Positions 22,082 to 32,441 are shown, counted from the stretch's first letter. The stretch is DNA of 64,000 nt from Epithemia pelagica (GCA_946965045.2 OX337242.1:2108001-2172000), one strand, 5' to 3'. Notes: generated by a model from the letters alone, not told the origin. Made by a program: numbers and translations.

Positions 22082-25000
22082 CTATCTGGTTTTTATTGTA
22101 TCAATTTGGATTGATTTTAAGCAAGGAAAAGGGTCAGTTCGGAGAGGTAAAGAGAGCAGATCATTGCGATCATCGTCTCGTTTCAATTTCTTTTGCCGAC
22201 TATTCTCATCCCTCCGCATATCCTCCTTTCTATTCTGACGCTTTCTTTCTTGTACCTTTGCCACTTGGGCTCTCACTTGCGGAAGCTTTGAAATGGTTTC
22301 ATCTACAATGTGGGAGAGGCTTGCTGACTGATGATTGAGAGATTTTGTCCGTGCCTCAGCTTGCAAACCAGTCTGATGAACTCTCTCGCCTTGCTCTTCT
22401 GTCAAGTCTCCCACTCCTTTGTAGAATCTAACAGAAGCAAGCAGATGATCCTCCACAAAATGAAACTTTGGTGTGATACTCAAACCAAGAGCTCGCCACA
22501 TATATGAGGATTGTTTAATTTGTTTTGCGAGCCTCTCGTAGTCGAGGCTGGTTGGGTGGTATCGCTTTATGGAACACAATGAAAAGACAGCATCAAGGTG
22601 TCCAAGTAACCTTTCATAGCCATCCAATACTGTCTTGATTGTATCTTGAGAAGCAACGACATCGCTATCATCCATACCAATCCAAACCAAGAGACAGTCA
22701 TTCCATAATGACGCAAAGATTTCGCGGCGGTTCCGAAGAAGAGCTCGCAAAGAATTTCCCTGTAAGTCTCCCCCATGGTATATAGCTGGCTTTATGCCAT
22801 GCTTCTTCAATACATCTTCAATCCACGCTCATAGTGGCTGACCAGTGGCTTTGCTGTTGGCTGGTAGTTGTGCCTCTTTCTCCCACTGCTGTTTTATGAG
22901 CTTCAGTTTCTCTTTTGCTGCTTTCAGCTTGTCCTTTGCTTGTTGCTGCGCTGGTCCAGTAAGTTGGGTACTGCGATTGGCTTCGGCAATACTTGCCACA
23001 GTGTCTTGTTGTTGATACGTTGCTGTTTCAAGAGCAACGTACTGCTCAGTGTACTGTTCCGCAGCACTTTGCAATTGCGAGATGAGACTGTCATGCACCT
23101 TATTGCCCAATCCAAGGAGTAAATGGAGAATTGGTGGAGCAGTGTCCTTTACCTCTACACACAACAATGGCTGCTGATCAGTTTTGAAGCCTCGTACATT
23201 GTTTGCACTATTCAAATATGCCGCAGAGCTGCTTTTCAACACATTTCGATGTGCCGCCATGCTTTGAAGTGTCCACATACGACCATGTCTCCTGTGTACT
23301 CGTGACCATTCTGCTTTGCTCAGGTCACAGTACCAACACCAGCAAGAAGAATAGCCTTCACGACCATAGTTTGTCATGATCTGAGAGCCATCTCCACTGC
23401 TGATGCATTGGATTGGAACGTGTCTAAGCTCTGGATCCCATTCGTTAGATACGGTTTCGTCTCCCAATGTAACTAACACAGCCCTTTCACGACCCTCTGT
23501 TGCTCTTCTCTGCCACACACTAATGGACCCAGCTTCAATTATCTTGGCAATTGCTTGATTTATGTGTGGCATAAAGGTTTTTGACAGGATTTCATAAGTG
23601 TCTTTCCGACACTTCGCCCGGGCAACAAGGAAGGGTTCAGATCTTTTGCAATGCTTGTCTCCGTCTATCCAACGAGTAATGATGCAGAGACAACCTCGTG
23701 AAGCCCCTTGGCCATGATCACAGGACCATAATAAGTCAATGGAGTGAAATTGTGGTATTTTGGATGACTGCTTCACAACAGAAATGACGTAGGTCTTCAA
23801 TGTTTCGAATATATCACGGCAGAACCATTCCACGGAACGACTTCTCGATAAAGAGAGAGACGATGTTGTCGGTGGAGGAATTTGCGATCGAGACACAAGC
23901 AATTCCTTCCTAATTTTGTCTCTTCCTGCCATGACCGTTTGTCCAAAGTGGACGCGAAGATGGCTGGCAATGATCTCTGCTTGCATTGTATTCAATCCAG
24001 CTTTGCAAAGCATTGCTGTTGTTTCAATGACAGACATCGGCTTGGCAACAACAATGTTTTTGCAAGAGCTTGCAGCACTGAGCATTGCTTCGGGGTATCT
24101 GTTTCTGACAAAAGCCAAGAGAATAGCAGCAGCGTGTTCCATTGATGACAGACCATCGGCCTCTACTTCGTCTTCATTTTCTTCTTCATCAATGTGATCC
24201 TGCTCTCGTTCAATGGAACAAGAGTCAGGAACAAACTGCTTCAAAATATTGTCAAGGAATGGATGATCTCGTTCATTCTCTCGTAAACACTTCATATTGC
24301 GTGACTTTGGTATCCGACAGAGACGGATGCGAGTAGAGTTCCCCATCTGAACGTTGAAGAGATCATACTTTCTCTTTGACTGTTCAAGAGTAACTAGGTT
24401 GCGAAGTACTGTCGAGACTGACCAGGTATTAGATGGGTCAATGCCAAACTTTTGGAGCGCATGTAAGGATTTGGCCTCAGCAAGAGGCGACATCATTGTG
24501 GATGAGACTGCCATTGCAGAGCGTTCTTCTCTTTTCTTTCGAAGGTCTTGGCCAAGTTTTATTATGATGTCCGCTGCATCCTTGTCAAAACTTTCAGGTT
24601 TTCTCCACCATGAGCGACTTGCAAGCTGTTCCCTTTTGAATATCTTGGGAAGAAGAAACTGATTGATTGTTCGGAATATCATTTCGTGCTCCTCCATTTT
24701 GTGTTGGTATTCTATTGTTGCTGAATCATCCATACCAGGATTGTCTGGAGAAAAACAAACTTCAGGCAATGGAGCTGCTGAGGAAAGAGTACTGCGAGAC
24801 AGGGATGGCTGCATTTCTTGCTTAATGGCCTGTTTGAGTTGATCAACAAATGGTTTCGGGCTGATTCGTCTTGGTGGCTGCGATAGGTGACAAGGCTCTT
24901 CATACAGTGGGAGGGCTCTTTGCCCAATTCCCAGTTTAATCCAGATACACTTTTGGTCCCTTTTTTTGGTTTCCACCTTGTCTTGGTACTCGGAATAGGT

Positions 25001-25099
25001 GAACAGGCGACTTGTATACGACAGTTCAGCCATGTTCAACAGTCGATCAAATCCATCAGCTGCATTCCGTACCAAATTTTGGCCTTTCTTCTTTTTCAT
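22082..25099 (-). pseudogene. RAG1/Transib-superfamily DDE transposase with one in-frame TGA (22829-22831)
   Basis: ORFs 22829..25240 and 22082..22810 are in the same frame (QPL*AWIEDVLKKHGI). Motifs in RAG1-core order: WSCDHGQG (D1), KDTYEIL, SGDGSQ...CWCWYCD (D2 plus CxxC), PPILHLLLGLGN, YHGGDLQGN, TPKFHFVEDH, EEQGERVH (E). Confidence 0.85.
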
Positions 25100-26009
25100 T
25101 TTAGTCACTTCAAATACAACAGAAGCCACACGGAATGTCAAGGCTTGGATGGGTGAAAGAAACTTGAGTCTTAAGACTCGAGCCCCAAGCGTGCTCCCAA
25201 CAGGATACCGTCCAGAGTTAGATACGAGCCCATATTGCAATGCTGATTGGCAATTGTTTTTTCAACAGCAGATTGGTGTTCTCAGATGGTTGGTCGAGCT
25301 GGGAAGGATCGACATTACTGCGGAGGTTTCAATGTTGGCGGCTTTCTTAGCAGGAGCAAGAGAAGGTCATGTTCATGCGATGCTTCATGTCTTTGCTTAT
25401 CTGAACTTGCATGACCGTTCGAGACTGGTCTTAGATCCTTCATATATTCAGCACGGAGAAGAATTGACAGCTGATTGGGCAGGTTTTTATCCAGACGCCA
25501 AAGAGGACATTCCAGCAGACGCTCCAGAACCATTGGGCAATCCAGTCCAGATGACGGTCTTCGTCGACTCTGATCATGCTGGAGATTTGATCACCAGACG
25601 CTCAAGAACTGGAGTTTTAATCTATCTGAATCGAGCTCCTGTAACTTGGTACAGTAAGAAACAGACCAGCGTCGAAACATCGACATTTGGGTCAGAATTT
25701 ATGGCTCTCAAAGTGGGCATTGAAATGGTAAAAGGACTTCGATGCAAGTTAAGGATGATGGGCGTACCTCTGGATGGACATGCGCATATACAGGTTGATA
25801 ACATGTCCGTGGTACTGAATACGTCGGTCCCTGAATCAACACTGAAAAAGAAGTCAAATTCAATCGCATATCATTTTGTTCGTGAGAATGTTGCATCGGG
25901 CATGTGTCGTGTTGCTTTTGAACTGTCGAAGACTAACCTTGCTGACATTCTTACAAAGATTCAAACAGGTACAGAGAGAACACGGTTAGCATCAATGATC
26001 CTATATTAG
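25100..26009 (+). mobile_element. Ty1/copia (CoDi-like) pol 3' fragment: end of RT plus RNase H
   Basis: EATRNV...GYRPELDTSP...QQQIGVLRWLVELGRIDI; VFVDSDHAGDLITRRSRTG; WYSKKQTSVETSTFGSEF; VDNMSV; SIAYHFVRE; NLADILTK. Confidence 0.93.
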
Positions 26010-26134
26010 TGCGTTTCCCGCCAACCTCTGTTGGGTCTGGGTACGTCCTGCACCTAAAAGATGAAAGGGCTTTAAGCAGGTCTAGATGGAACGAGAGAAG
26101 ATTGGCACAGTTACTCCATTACGAGACGAAGAAC

Positions 26135-26266
26135 TGTGAGGGGACCAAAATATGGCTAGCCTATTGAGCGAATTTAGCGATAGTAAGGCCTCTAAGCTTG
26201 AGGCATGAGATAGTCACAATTTTATATTTTCGAGTCACACCCCTACGCGTATTTTGCTCCTGAACA
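26135..26266 (+). mobile_element. Candidate 3' LTR of the copia fragment
   Basis: TGT...ACA boundaries after a purine-rich stretch downstream of the pol stop. No second LTR in the window to confirm it. Confidence 0.35.
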
Positions 26267-26304
26267 TTGCAAATTGCAACGAGACACGAGACACGAGACC
26301 CCCG

Positions 26305-26316
26305 TCCAGTGTCCAG
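26305..26316 (+). mobile_element. Probable excision footprint TCCAG-TG-TCCAG (5-bp target-site duplication)
   Basis: In units 2-5 the same TCCAG directly follows the TIR end (...CCCAGTG|TCCAG). Confidence 0.65.
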
Positions 26317-26657
26317 TAGATGAAAAGAGAGACAGTTCGTCCACGACAAACGACAACCGCCTCCACCTCCAGCGGACTGCTCTTCAGCGCCACCTCCTGT
26401 AATGCGTCATGCGTTACATTGACAACGTCCACGGAGTCTAAAACAAGAGAGACAATTTGTCCGCAACAACCAACTGCTCTTCGGCGCCACCTCCTGTACT
26501 GCTTACGTTGACTAATAACACAAAACTACTGTCACCAGACATCGTTCCAAACACATGTATCACGAATCACGACCTCAAGACCAAGGCGGGGATTGAATCG
26601 GAGATTTGAGATTGCATTCCCACTTTGTACATCATAACGAGAGGACAGGCTATCATC

Positions 26658-27367
26658 ATGGCAACCATCACCAGCAGCCAAACAGTGTGCTCCACAGATT
26701 CCACAATTCGGACCTCCAACGTCCAAAACCCAAAGCCTTACTTCATCACGGTAGGTAATGGAGCTGGTATATCCCTTGACCAACGGATCCCCAGCGCATA
26801 CTGACATGTATTTCTTTCTGTGTTTGTTTGCAGCTCTCAAAACGATCCCTAATGTCGCGCTTTCATTCATCTGATCAAGAAATTAAGGAGACCTTTCTCC
26901 GTAACATTGACGTCGAGCTCGACGATAACCAGCAGATGTATCTGCTGTTTGCAATCACTGCGATCGTAGAAAAACCCAGTCTCTCTATCGAGGAGCTTAT
27001 GGACCTGAGTCCTCTTGCCGTCGTTTTTAACCAAACGGGATTGGCGAATCGCTATCTTCGTGATCTTGTTCACCATGTTCGTCGATTTTCCGTCGCTGGG
27101 CCGGTTACCGAGATCCCAGATGAGAGCAACAGCGCTGGCGTCTCGTCTTTGACGAATCCTGGTTTTGGGAGTTCTGCCGATGGTCAGGGGGAAACAAACA
27201 ACAGCAACGAAACAGTTGCGGACGGTCAAGCAGTCCCGGCTGCCCACAGCAACTGGTCTGTGGACGCCGTGGCAGGTTCTGCTGCCCCTTCTCAAATCAC
27301 CGACTTAACAGCCGAGACGGAAGACACGTCCATAAGTGAAGGGGGTGATCAAAAAGACGAAATGTAA
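26658..27367 (+). CDS. Orphan two-exon gene, copy C1 (208 aa; exons 26658-26750 and 26834-27367)
   Basis: MATITSSQ...PYFIT|LSKRSLMSRF; 83-nt canonical intron. Confidence 0.75.
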
Positions 27368-28323
27368 AGCAGCAGAAAGCACTTTAGAGACTTCAAGTGG
27401 TGAAGGGGCAGATCAACAAGAAGAGGAAAGCATCATTCGAACAACAAAGTCTCCTGAACTAACATCAAGGAAAAAGTGTCATGACCTGGAATTTGTAACA
27501 GAGTCTCGTGTAAGGCAAACCGAGTGAAACTACCAATATTCCTGCGAATCTTTGCCACTCGTAGACAAGAACACCAGATAGACTGTATTTCTTTGATGGA
27601 TCTCGGTGACGAGGTCAGGTCCGTGTTCCCATCCAACCATAAAACATGTGAATCCGCATAAACAAAAGACAATCATGTCGACAACGAGTTCTTTCATGTT
27701 TGTTTGTTTTAGCTACCCGTTAGTGATGGTATTCATCTTGTTGTATTACTTTAAGTTAAATCAATTGATCAATGTGGCAGTGCGAGTATATCACTGAATG
27801 GATGACGGTTCATCAGAACCACCACGGTACCAAATTCGAGGTCGAACAATGGAAATGGAGTATAATTCGAAGAAAGAAAGTCCAAGTTTGCGACTTGTCC
27901 CTTGTCGTCAATAAGTGAACAGGTCACATTTTGTATGTATTTTGTATGGCACTCTCGCCATCAGTAAGATGGTCTTTTTCATTGTCATGGAGAGATTTTG
28001 TGGTTAGAGCAATGTCACATGTTACATTTGCCGATAAAAGCCAATACAAGCACCTTTACTGAATCGAAACATCTTGACATGAGGACCATCGTGTCTTCAA
28101 TGTTGTGATTTTCACAATCTTGAGGATTCCAACAACGGATTTATGAAGTCTATCCAATCGGATCATTCCTCAATGGTTCACCTAACAGGATCCCATTCCA
28201 GTACCACTATCTACCGAAGGTTTCCTTACCAATCAAACGGGGGCTCGTTTCGAAACCATCCTTGGTTTAAATTTTCCCATGACACTCTCGCCATCAGTAA
28301 GATGGTCTTGTTCATTGTCATGG

Positions 28324-30267
28324 CTAGAACGATCCAAATTTCTTGACGGGTCCTCCAGGAGGAGATTCCACATCCTTGTTGTGGTTGTCTTGCTGGTCTT
28401 CCACGGCCGATGCAATGGCTGCGACGTCCTTTTGGACTTGCACTCGAGCACCGTCATTGGTGGGTGTCCAATCCCGTAGCCTATTGGACCAATGTGGTTG
28501 TGGTTGTGGTTGTCCTCCATGTTTCGACGCCCGTCGGCTCACGGTAAAGTTGATAACCTTACCGACAATGGCCGCCGTCATGGCCCGTGTCATGGCACCT
28601 CTCAAATCTGGTGATTTCGCCAACAGGGCTTGCATATCTTCGTGTTTCCAACGCATCACGACCGAATCTTGGACAGCGACAATGGTATACAAGGCTTCTT
28701 TGGAGGACATGGCCGAACTTCGTTTCAAGGCATTGGTACGACGACGACTCATGCGACGTGGAATGGGGACCAAGGGAGTCGCTGGATCCGGTTGCGACGA
28801 CGATGAGGATGGCATTGGCTGTTGCTGTTGTTGCTGCTGGTACGTGGCAGCTACGGCGGCGGGTGTCGTACTGGCAGCCGTCACAGGAGAAGGACCAAGA
28901 GACAGCGGGTTCGTCGAGTCTGGTTGCCTCTCAGTCGACGGTAGGGTGGTACTCGCAGCACTGATTGAGCTGGAAGCAGTACCATTGCTTCCACTACTAC
29001 TGGTCGCCGTAGATGAAGTAGTTTGTTGTTGCTGTTGTTGTTGTTGTTGAGTATTCCAATAGGCTTGCAAAAAGGCCATTTCTCCAATCCACGCCCCCGA
29101 CGTCCAACTCAATCGATCTTCCGTTGCTGCGGCATCGTCTTCGACACCGGCCGCTGCATTAAAGGAAGCCGCCGTCAGGCGTCGTCCCAAGGCTTGTGCT
29201 CGTGTTTCGCCCTGGGTGACCAAACACACATGGGTCATGGCTTGTCGTTCTTGCACGACAATGTCTCCCTTTTTCACGTGCACAATTTCGGCTTGTTGAT
29301 AAATATGTTCAAATTGTTTGGGTGTGACACCGTGAGGCATAAAAAATTTGGAATAAACTTGTTCTTGGGCTTTCGTCATGTTGACGGTTCCTTCCCGTTC
29401 GGCAATGACTTGATAGATTTTCCAACTATTGACGGCGGCAAAAATAAAACTCCAGGCCATGGGTGCGACTCGACGGGGCGACAGCGAATTGTGATAAATC
29501 AAGGCGGCCAAGGAACCGGTCGCATTCAAGGCTCGCAATTCAATCACATCGGACCGCGTGAATCCCACCAAGGCACAAATGGAACCAATATTAAGGACCA
29601 AGACGGCCCAATTGTCCAACCACCATTCATACAAGCGAGCGGCAAAATCCACCAAGTAGGCCCACCACCGCACGGGAGGAGAGGCGGTGGTGGTGGTGGT
29701 TGTGGCCGTGGTACTGCTGGCCAACGTGGTGGTGGTGGTGGCCGGAGTGGCATGGCTCATCAAGGGTGCGGTCGCTTCCACAGTCGAAGCACTGGTACTA
29801 CTGACAGCCGCTGTTGTGGGGGCACTGCTGGTGGAGCCAGTGGCCGATGTGGCACTGGGAGCGGCAGTCGTCGTCGCAGGAGGTGTCGATGCGCTGGGGG
29901 ACGCCGCGGAAGGAGACGTTGGGGTGCTGGTCGTTGTGGTTGTCGTGGTGGTTGCGGCGGCGGCGGGTGGTGTCGTCGTTGAAGACGGTGGCGGCAATTT
30001 GGTAAAGGTTTTGGGTTTGGCCAAGTGAGTTTGAGGCAATTTGGGCAAATTGGGAAAGAGTCGCGGTGGTCGGGGTTCCGGGGCGGCCGGCACCCGAATG
30101 CGATAAAATTGACCCTTGTAGACACCCTTGATGGTAAAGGGACCACCCGTGTGACTTGCGGCCGTCGCCTTGGCCAATTCTTCGTCCCAAAAGGCTCGCA
30201 CCTTGGAGTGACCGGACTGCAATCGATGACGACGCAAGAGTCGTTCCAAAAAGCGGACAAACGACAA
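28324..30267 (-). CDS. Popeye-family membrane protein with cNMP-binding-like domain, copy 1 (native start lost; first in-frame ATG at 29760)
   Basis: TM region NIGSICALVGFTRSDVIELRAL...WSFIFAAVNSWKI; YSKFFMPHGVTPKQF; KKGDIVVQE; WIGEMAFL; YTIVA..MRW. Confidence 0.75.
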   Translation of the reverse strand: MSFVRFLERLLRRHRLQSGHSKVRAFWDEELAKATAASHTGGPFTIKGVYKGQFYRIRVPAAPEPRPPRLFPNLPKLPQTHLAKPKTFTKLPPPSSTTTPPAAAATTTTTTTTSTPTSPSAASPSASTPPATTTAAPSATSATGSTSSAPTTAAVSSTSASTVEATAPLMSHATPATTTTTLASSTTATTTTTTASPPVRWWAYLVDFAARLYEWWLDNWAVLVLNIGSICALVGFTRSDVIELRALNATGSLAALIYHNSLSPRRVAPMAWSFIFAAVNSWKIYQVIAEREGTVNMTKAQEQVYSKFFMPHGVTPKQFEHIYQQAEIVHVKKGDIVVQERQAMTHVCLVTQGETRAQALGRRLTAASFNAAAGVEDDAAATEDRLSWTSGAWIGEMAFLQAYWNTQQQQQQQQQTTSSTATSSSGSNGTASSSISAASTTLPSTERQPDSTNPLSLGPSPVTAASTTPAAVAATYQQQQQQQPMPSSSSSQPDPATPLVPIPRRMSRRRTNALKRSSAMSSKEALYTIVAVQDSVVMRWKHEDMQALLAKSPDLRGAMTRAMTAAIVGKVINFTVSRRASKHGGQPQPQPHWSNRLRDWTPTNDGARVQVQKDVAAIASAVEDQQDNHNKDVESPPGGPVKKFGSF

Positions 30268-31385
30268 TCAAACCTTGATTTCCTTGATTTCCTTCTCTGC
30301 TCAGGAGATGAGTGTCTCCATTCCATCTTGCCTTTCAAACGCTTGTTGACTAACATCTGAGACAGTATCCAACAGAGTATGTTTGCCGGTAACAACACAA
30401 ACTTTGGGACATGACGTGGACAGTTTCAGAGTTCCCTTGGCTGGTGTGGTTTCCAGCATGCACCAGTTATGCGTCAAACCATAGAGAAGCTCTACTCCAG
30501 CACGTATGTGCGGTGTTACCAATAAGCGATCGTTGACGTCCATTTATAATGGACATGGGCTGAACTACTTGGTAGATTGCGAACGAGAATACCGCCGTAC
30601 TTGTTGCGTTTGGTTTGATTGTCGTTTTGTCCGCTTGTCGTTTTGTCCGCTTGTCGTCTTGTCGTTTTGTCCGCTTGTCGTTTTGTCCGCTTGTCGTTTT
30701 GTCCGCTTGTCGTTTTGTCCGCTTGTCGTCTTGTCGGCTTGTCGTCTTGTCTTCTTGTCCGCTTGTCCGCTTGTCGTCTTGTCCGCTTCATCTTGTCCGC
30801 TTGTCGTCTTGTCCGCTTCATTTTGTGAGGTTTGCGAGAACCATCCCGTGGGAGCACCGTGACAAAATAGAAGCACGACTCGTACTTCTGCAGTAATGTT
30901 GTACTAGAGAGGTACTGGATGTACTGTTAAATAGACCAAATAATGGGAATTGGGCTGTTCAAGAATATTATAGCCTATTGTGGCGAGCAGCTTCACGTAC
31001 GAGTACGAGTAGTCCTTGCCGTTGAGCTTATTTACCGATGGCTCACAAGTCACAAGACTGAGAAGTTACGTAGTGTACCTAACATTACTCGTCGGGCTTA
31101 GCTAATGAGTGATAAGTAGGACATTACAAGACAACAATTTCATCTTGTGTGTGTCATGAGGCTTAATACCGGGTGCACCGTTTTTATTGCCCCGGTCTTT
31201 TGAACAAGAGACAATCGCCAAAACGACAAGGACTAGAGCTGTTTAGCTAGTTCTAAGCTAAAATGCTGCCTTGTCTGCTAGCATAGGGCGCGTGAGGTCA
31301 TAGCCGACATAGTTTCGCGTGTTCCTGAATAGGAAGACTACTATGAAAGCGGAAAACCGCTACCAAAGTAGCGGGTGTCCCAGTG
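30256..31385 (-). mobile_element. Transposon right-end fragment (1130 bp) ending in the inverted TIR 31365-31385
   Basis: AAAGTAGCGGGTGTCCCAGTG is the reverse complement of the left TIR; the segment is absent at the native locus beyond 50575. Confidence 0.8.
30612..30820 (+). repeat. Minisatellite of TTGTCGTTTTGTCCGC / TTGTCGTCTTGTCCGC 16-mers (repeated in units 1-4; one fewer copy in unit 3)
   Basis: Directly visible. Confidence 0.9.
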
Positions 31386-31731
31386 TCCAGTAGATGAAAA
31401 GAGAGACAGTTCGTCCACGACAAACGACAACCGCCTCCACCTCCAGCGGACTGCTCTTCAGCGCCACCTCCTGTAATGCGTCATGCGTTACATTGACAAC
31501 GTCCACGGAGTCTAAAACAAGAGAGACAATTTGTCCGCAACAACCAACTGCTCTTCGGCGCCACCTCCTGTACTGCTTACATTGACTAATAACACAAAAC
31601 TACTGTCACCAGACATCGTTCCAAACACATGTATCACGAATCACGACCTCAAGACCAAGGCGGGGATTGAATCAAAGATTTGAGATTGCATTCCCACTTT
31701 GTACATCATAACGAGAGGACAGGCTATCATC

Positions 31732-32441
31732 ATGGCAACCATCACCAGCAGCCAAACAGTGTGCTCCACAGATTCCACAATTCGGACCTCCAACGTCCAA
31801 AACCCAAAGCCTTACTTCATCACGGTAGGTAATGGAGCTGGTATATCCCTTGACCAACGGATCCCCAGCGCATACTGACATGTATTTCTTTCTGTGTTTG
31901 TTTGCAGCTCTCAAAACGATCCCTAATGTCGCGCTTTCATTCATCTGATCAAGAAATTAAGGAGACCTTTCTCCGTAACATTGACGTCGAGCTCGACGAT
32001 AACCAGCAGATGTATCTGCTGTTTGCAATCACTGCGATCGTAGAAAAACCCAGTCTCTCTATCGAGGAGCTTATGGACCTGAGTCCTCTTGCCGTCGTTT
32101 TTAACCAAACGGGATTGGCGAATCGCTATCTTCGTGATCTTGTTCACCATGTTCGTCGATTTTCCGTCGCTGGGCCGGTTACCGAGATCCCAGATGAGAG
32201 CAACAGCGCTGGCGTCTCGTCTTTGACGAATCCTGGTTTTGGGAGTTCTGCCGATGGTCAGGGGGAAACAAACAACAGCAACGAAACAGTTGCGGACGGT
32301 CAAGCAGTCCCGGCTGCCCACAGCAACTGGTCTGTGGACGCCGTGGCAGGTTCTGCTGCCCCTTCTCAAATCACCGGCTTAACAGCCGAGACGGAAGACA
32401 CGTCCATAAGTGAAGGGGGTGATCAAAAAGACGAAATGTAA
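31732..32441 (+). CDS. Orphan two-exon gene, copy C2
   Basis: Same structure as C1; one D>G change near the C-terminus. Confidence 0.75.

Larger units (their letters stand above)
21333..25099 (-). mobile_element. RAG1/Transib-like DNA transposon, right end missing
   Basis: TIR at 21333 plus transposase ORF; the sequence switches to copia pol at about 25100. Confidence 0.8.

Noticed and set aside
25100-25240. First 47 codons of the 803-aa ORF as part of the transposase
   Set aside because: They are the antisense strand of copia RT and begin at a non-ATG codon.
26532-26870. Minus-strand ORF with a zinc-finger-looking CGICGAHC motif, present in copies A, B and C
   Set aside because: It is antisense to exon 1 and the intron of the orphan gene. 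Differences between copies change its residues, including the Cys (C/R, I/S, A/T), while several of the same sites are synonymous in the plus-strand frame.
28343-30400. Numerous overlapping ORFs of 60-320 aa around the Popeye gene (and around 6-15 kb and 56-58 kb)
   Set aside because: Shadow frames of low-complexity coding DNA, mostly with TTG/GTG starts and no motifs.
30612-30820. Regular short repeats resembling a CRISPR array
   Set aside because: Contiguous 16-mer minisatellite with no unique spacers, in eukaryotic context and without cas genes.
31340-31385. Canonical RSS (CACAGTG plus 12/23 spacer plus ACAAAAACC)
   Set aside because: Only the CAC start is shared; no nonamer at 12 or 23 bp on either end.
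21333-31385. One intact 10-kb composite element from the left TIR to the first right TIR
   Set aside because: The flanks do not form a TSD (AACTT on the left, TCCAG on the right).
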